A DNA stretch of 64,000 nucleotides, from contig NC_092677.1 of NCBI RefSeq assembly GCF_964355755.1, positions 9,198,101-9,262,100 on the forward strand, in the 5' to 3' direction. The position numbers and the translations under genes are program-made. The stretch comes from Antedon mediterranea (Eukaryota > Animalia > Echinodermata). Below the pieces are notes generated by a model, which saw nothing but the letters and a program-made list of their open reading frames with translations, did not search any database and was not told the DNA's origin. Each line of letters starts with the position of its first letter. The stretch's first letter is position 1. Of this stretch, positions 59,801 to 64,000 are shown piece by piece.

Positions 59801-62800
59801 AAAAGGATGCAGAAGATCACTCAAAATAACCATAAATTCCTGTGATTATCATGAGACCAGGGAAGTCTCTATTCACCGTAACCGTGATAATGTATTACAT
59901 GTCTGCAGCATAAAGTCTATTTAATATCTTACTATTTATCTTTATGTTTAAATAAGTTTTGTTTATGAATATACTTAGTTACAAGATGCTTTTGAGATGT
60001 CCTCGCAAGAATCAAGTCAGTTGAGACAGGGACTGTTAACAGCTACAGAAAAGGAACGGAAATCTTCAAGCTTGGTCACAGAACTTACAGCAGTAAGATA
60101 TTTGTTGATTTACAGAAAATAAAAGTAAATTTGTTTGTATTCTGTGGATGCTATAATGCTTATTAATTCTTCTTTATTTATAGATGGTAAAGGAACAGAA
60201 GGGTAGAATTACAGAGCTTTCAAAATCAAAACATGAGGTTTTAACTGATTATAAGGTAGAACTTTATAATTTTTACACATTATTTCGTGATGTGGTTTCC
60301 CGATTAATCGTACGATCAAAACGGTACTGGGTATGATTATTTAAAAGTCGAAGATAGCCAGGTCTCGGGTCCATTCTATTGTCGCCACAGATTGATATCT
60401 TCATCAGTACTTCTATGAATGGATGGTTAGGTGGGAACACGAACGCTAGTTGATCATACCCAGTACCGTTTTGATCGTACGATTAATCGGGAAACCACCT
60501 CACGACATAATTGTATATCAAACTGTGTTGTCTTATTGTCAACTGAGTTTCCTTACACGAATTATACCATATTATACAATAGAACTCTTCCGTTGGGAGA
60601 CCCATATTCAGGGGACAACCCTAATGAAGTGGACACTTTCCTGTGAAAGAAACAAGCAGAAATATATGATTTAAGCACTACAGCTGACTTTATTCAAGGA
60701 ACACCCTTTTGACACTTTTTGTGGTCGCGAAGTTGTTTTCTTAATAGAGGTTCAATTGTATTGTAATTTATAAGGCTCATAAATTTGTGCCCAGGGAACA
60801 TGTTTTTGCCGCTTTAATTATAAATTAAAATTTCTCTACAGTTAATAGATTTTGATTTTTTTTTACACACCAGCAGAAAGTTGTTGAATGAAGAGGTTCA
60901 CATCTGTATGCAAATTAGTAACTAACTTCTAACCCTGAGATTATAGCCTGTCTACCCAAACATGAACGTCACTTCTACCCTGCAAAATATTGATATTTTT
61001 AATAATTTCATAACTTTTAACATCTTTTCTTGCCATTTTATATATTTAATAAGTTTTCTGAAATATTATTGCTATGTATAATTATTTGTGTATTAAAATT
61101 TCATTTTTATTCTATAACTGTGTAGTAACTAATATTTTACTACTTTACTAGATAAACTGTCATTTAGGCACGTTAAAAATCTATATAACATTAAAAGCCG
61201 GACGAGCCCACGAAAGACAATAAAAAACTTTGACCTTTGTTCCCTAATTTTGTTAGGTCCGTATCCAAACTCTTGAAGGTCAACTGGAGGAAGCAAGAAG
61301 AAAGCAAGTGCAATTTGAGTTGTTGAAGCAGGATCGAGGCAAGTTACAGTCACAACTGACGGCCCAAGAGTCGGTCATTGAAGGCCTAAAGGCTGAGAGA
61401 AAGCTATGGGGGCAGGAGTTAGCGCAGCAAGGTAAGACAATACTAACAACCAGACTTAAAGTTAACTTAAAGACTTTTTTTTCAATCTTTCTATCAAACA
61501 TTGCATTACCAAACAAAAAACATTACAATATACAATTGGTGACCAATATAAGACAGTTTTGGATATACAGTTTTGTATGTCAAGTCACAATTTCTATATA
61601 TGACAAAAAAAATTAAAAGATAATGGTTCTAATTGTAGGATGTCCATATCAAATTGTTTTTGTGTTCAAATGTTGGTTGGGGTTGCTTTTTCCCATTGTT
61701 ACAACAGATTTCCTCATCTTCACCATTTATAAATTCAGTATATCATGTTTTAGAGTTTCTCTGTACATGTCAATTTTTGTTTAATTGTTTAAATACTTTC
61801 TTTATAGGTGCATCATTAGCTCAAGATAGAGGGCGAATGGAGGCGCAGTTAAACGCATTTCAAGCCGAGGTGGTTTCATTGAAAAAGCAATCAGAGCGAG
61901 ACAACGATGCATTGAAGATTAAAACAAAAATGTTGGATGATCAGACCGAAACTGTCAGAAAACTTAAAGATGTAAACAAACATTATTTCATTTTTAAACC
62001 TTTTCCCTTAGGTTACCAAAATTACCCTGTAGAAACAATATACCATTCATCCTAACACTTCTATTACTCTGAAATCTACCCACATTTATATACCACATCC
62101 TTAGTTAAAAGAAAGCACTTGTGCTTTGTATAAACTATAATTGATTACTTTAAATTTCCTTTATACTTGTAAGAAACAGGATATTAAAGCATCCTGTGTC
62201 TTCCTTTAATACACAACCATAAATGAAAGTTGTATTAAAGTACAAAGAAAAAGTTTACAGGTAACATGTCGATATAGTTTGTTTTGTTTATTCAAATAAT
62301 TTTCCTTTCAGTTTTTCTTATATTTAAGAATATTGCATGCATATATTTTTTCAAGGGTCTTGTTGAGAGGGACGAAGAGATAAAGTCGGCCAGGACAGAG
62401 GCATTAAAGATGCAGCAGACACTAGAGAAACGTCTTGAGGATGAGTCTGGTGCCACTCAAGATCTCCAGGATATGGTGGAGAGGTTGACAGAACGGAAGG
62501 AGATGTTAAAAAACAAGGTTACAGAACTGCAGGCAGAACTGGACGAGAGTAAAAGAGTTTACGAGTAAGTATTTTTATTTTAGTCCAATAAAGGCAGTTA
62601 TTATTTAATATATAGGATAAATAATATCCTTGATTTATAAAGTGCCTAATGTTGTGAAACCTTTTAAGCTCTGTACATATTATTAACCCGGTCGTTGGAT
62701 CAAACACATAAGGAAACATACTCCCATAATACAGCTAGTAAAAACATTACATTATATTTCTCCAGGGGTTTTTGGGCAGAAAGAGGATTGAAGATAATAT

Positions 62801-63785
62801 TAATAATAACTAATGTTTTTTTTTTAAAGCAATCTGGACAGAAGATGGAAAGATAAGGGTGAAATCATTTCGCAGCTGGAGACACAAGTGCGGCAGGTGA
62901 AACAAAATTTTGATGACAAGGAATCCAAGTTGCTTGCTGCTAGAGACAAGGCCGTTGCATCAGAAAGGTATCATATAAAGGTTATGAAGAGATAGAGCAT
63001 GTATCAATTTCATTTATTCACACAAAGTAGACCTACTGCAACAGTGGAGTTGTAGCTTGAAGGTTAAGCATGGTATAGTTTATCCATCCTGTAATTAGTG
63101 AGTGAATCTGCTGATAGATTATAAGGAAAAAAAAACAATTTTTAGAAATGATTTGATATCATTTATTATAGAGTTGCTCTGGAGAAGATAAGTGCAATGG
63201 ATGATGCGTTTGCCAACCAGTTAACCATGGTACAGGGAAAGCATGAAGAAGAATTAGAGAAATTGAAGTTTGAAAAACAACGGCAAATTGATGAGGCTAG
63301 AGCTAAGGTATTGGGGAATCTTGTCCAATAACAATATAGATATCACAAACTGTGTTGATACATAAATAATAAATATATACAAATCATTTTCATGACTATA
63401 ATAATTTAATGATAAATGTATAGGGTTCATTCATGATGCATATTTGATTCATACATTTTTGTGTGCAGTTAAACTTTACAATATATTTACCTACCTCCAC
63501 TAATTACTGTCCCTTGTATGTTTGTAGGTATTGAATAAACGCCCCATAAAAACCAACAATTAACACCCTGAGGCGTTTCAAATAAATACATTATGTATGT
63601 AAATATGCATTAAATTTATTATATAAATGAATCCTGCAAAATATGATCATTTTCAGGTTTTGACTGTGGAGGAGGAGATGAGGCAGATGTTGGTAGAAAC
63701 GGCCAATCAGAAGAAAGTGATGGAAGGTAAGCTGCATAGATTGACACAGGCATTCTCTGACATACAACAGGAAATGACATCGTGA
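53884..63785 (+). CDS. LRRCC1: Leucine-rich repeat and coiled-coil centrosomal protein 1, 21 coding exons
   Basis: Exons 53884-54215, 54488-54705, 54974-55081, 55434-55645, 56026-56127, 56220-56304, 56669-56807, 57006-57238, 57647-57765, 58289-58423, 58760-58899, 59017-59133, 59415-59499, 59979-60092, 60184-60255, 61257-61431, 61808-61971, 62356-62564, 62830-62967, 63172-63307, 63657-63785. LRRs (LNLHCNEI..LDLSSNQI..LNLACN), the motif ERKLWGQELAQQGASLAQDRG and the C-terminus VEEEMRQML..LTQAFSDIQQEMTS. The start codon could alternatively be 53941. Confidence 0.93.
55136..55286 (+). mobile_element. 5'-truncated LINE (RTE-like) 3' end with 15-bp TSD
   Basis: TSD CTGAAAAAGTACAAT at 55121-55135 and 55287-55301. 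Encodes LKELANERSDWKKL (an A.DR..W-type ORF2 end) and has a (TCAAA)n tail. Confidence 0.8.
59225..59390 (-). mobile_element. Old SINE fragment (Nin/Deu-SINE-like)
   Basis: ccaggtacccatttgttcatcttggtagagttaggcaa...aagtgtctttccgaaaga resembles this conserved SINE domain, by recall only. Confidence 0.45.
60279..60511. mobile_element. Palindromic MITE with about 60-bp TIRs
   Basis: Left attatttcgtgatgtggtttcccgattaatcgtacgatcaaaacggtactgggtatgat; reverse complement at about 60453-60511. A partial diverged copy lies at about 8300-8404. Confidence 0.85.
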
Positions 63786-64000
63786 CATCCAGGATTTGGT
63801 AAGCAATGCAGACATTGTGTTAAAGAGCTATCCCTACTTATGGAGTGGTTGGTGCAGTTAATGCTGGTTGAGCTGTCATCATAATTTATATGTCTTCTTG
63901 TACCCAGGAGTGTAATGTGTTGGAGCAATAAATGCAGCAGTAGTGTTAGGAAATAATTATAATTTTTATACATTTTTTTGTTTGTCATTAGTATTAATAT

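Overview
AT-rich, intron-containing animal genomic DNA. An invertebrate deuterostome such as an echinoderm is likely, but that is inferred from gene content only. Seven spliced genes can be reconstructed from GT-AG boundaries and frame continuity: the 3' end of SLC38A7 (+), BBS4 (-), an N4BP1/KHNYN-like NYN ribonuclease (+), an ST8Sia-type GT29 sialyltransferase with degenerate catalytic motifs (-), an uncharacterised secreted mosaic protein with two unnamed domains, PAN, EGF, F5/8C and an unnamed C-terminal domain (-), cytosolic AARS1 (-), and LRRCC1 (+), head-to-head with AARS1. Introns and intergenic DNA are rich in non-autonomous mobile DNA: three foldback elements with 8(-9)-bp TSDs, several MITE families, a Helentron-type HINE carrying a tRNA-like cassette, SINE and LINE fragments, and minisatellites. 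The most unusual signals are (i) three 29-36-bp CA...TG hairpins with 7-bp TSDs that look like P-superfamily excision footprints, (ii) a foldback element carrying a periodic array of NF-kB-like sites near the AARS1/LRRCC1 promoter, (iii) a duplicated CoCUN-like domain in the N4BP1-like protein, and (iv) a probable pseudo-sialyltransferase. There is no CRISPR array, rRNA or intact transposase. All homology calls are from recognition of motifs, not from database searches.
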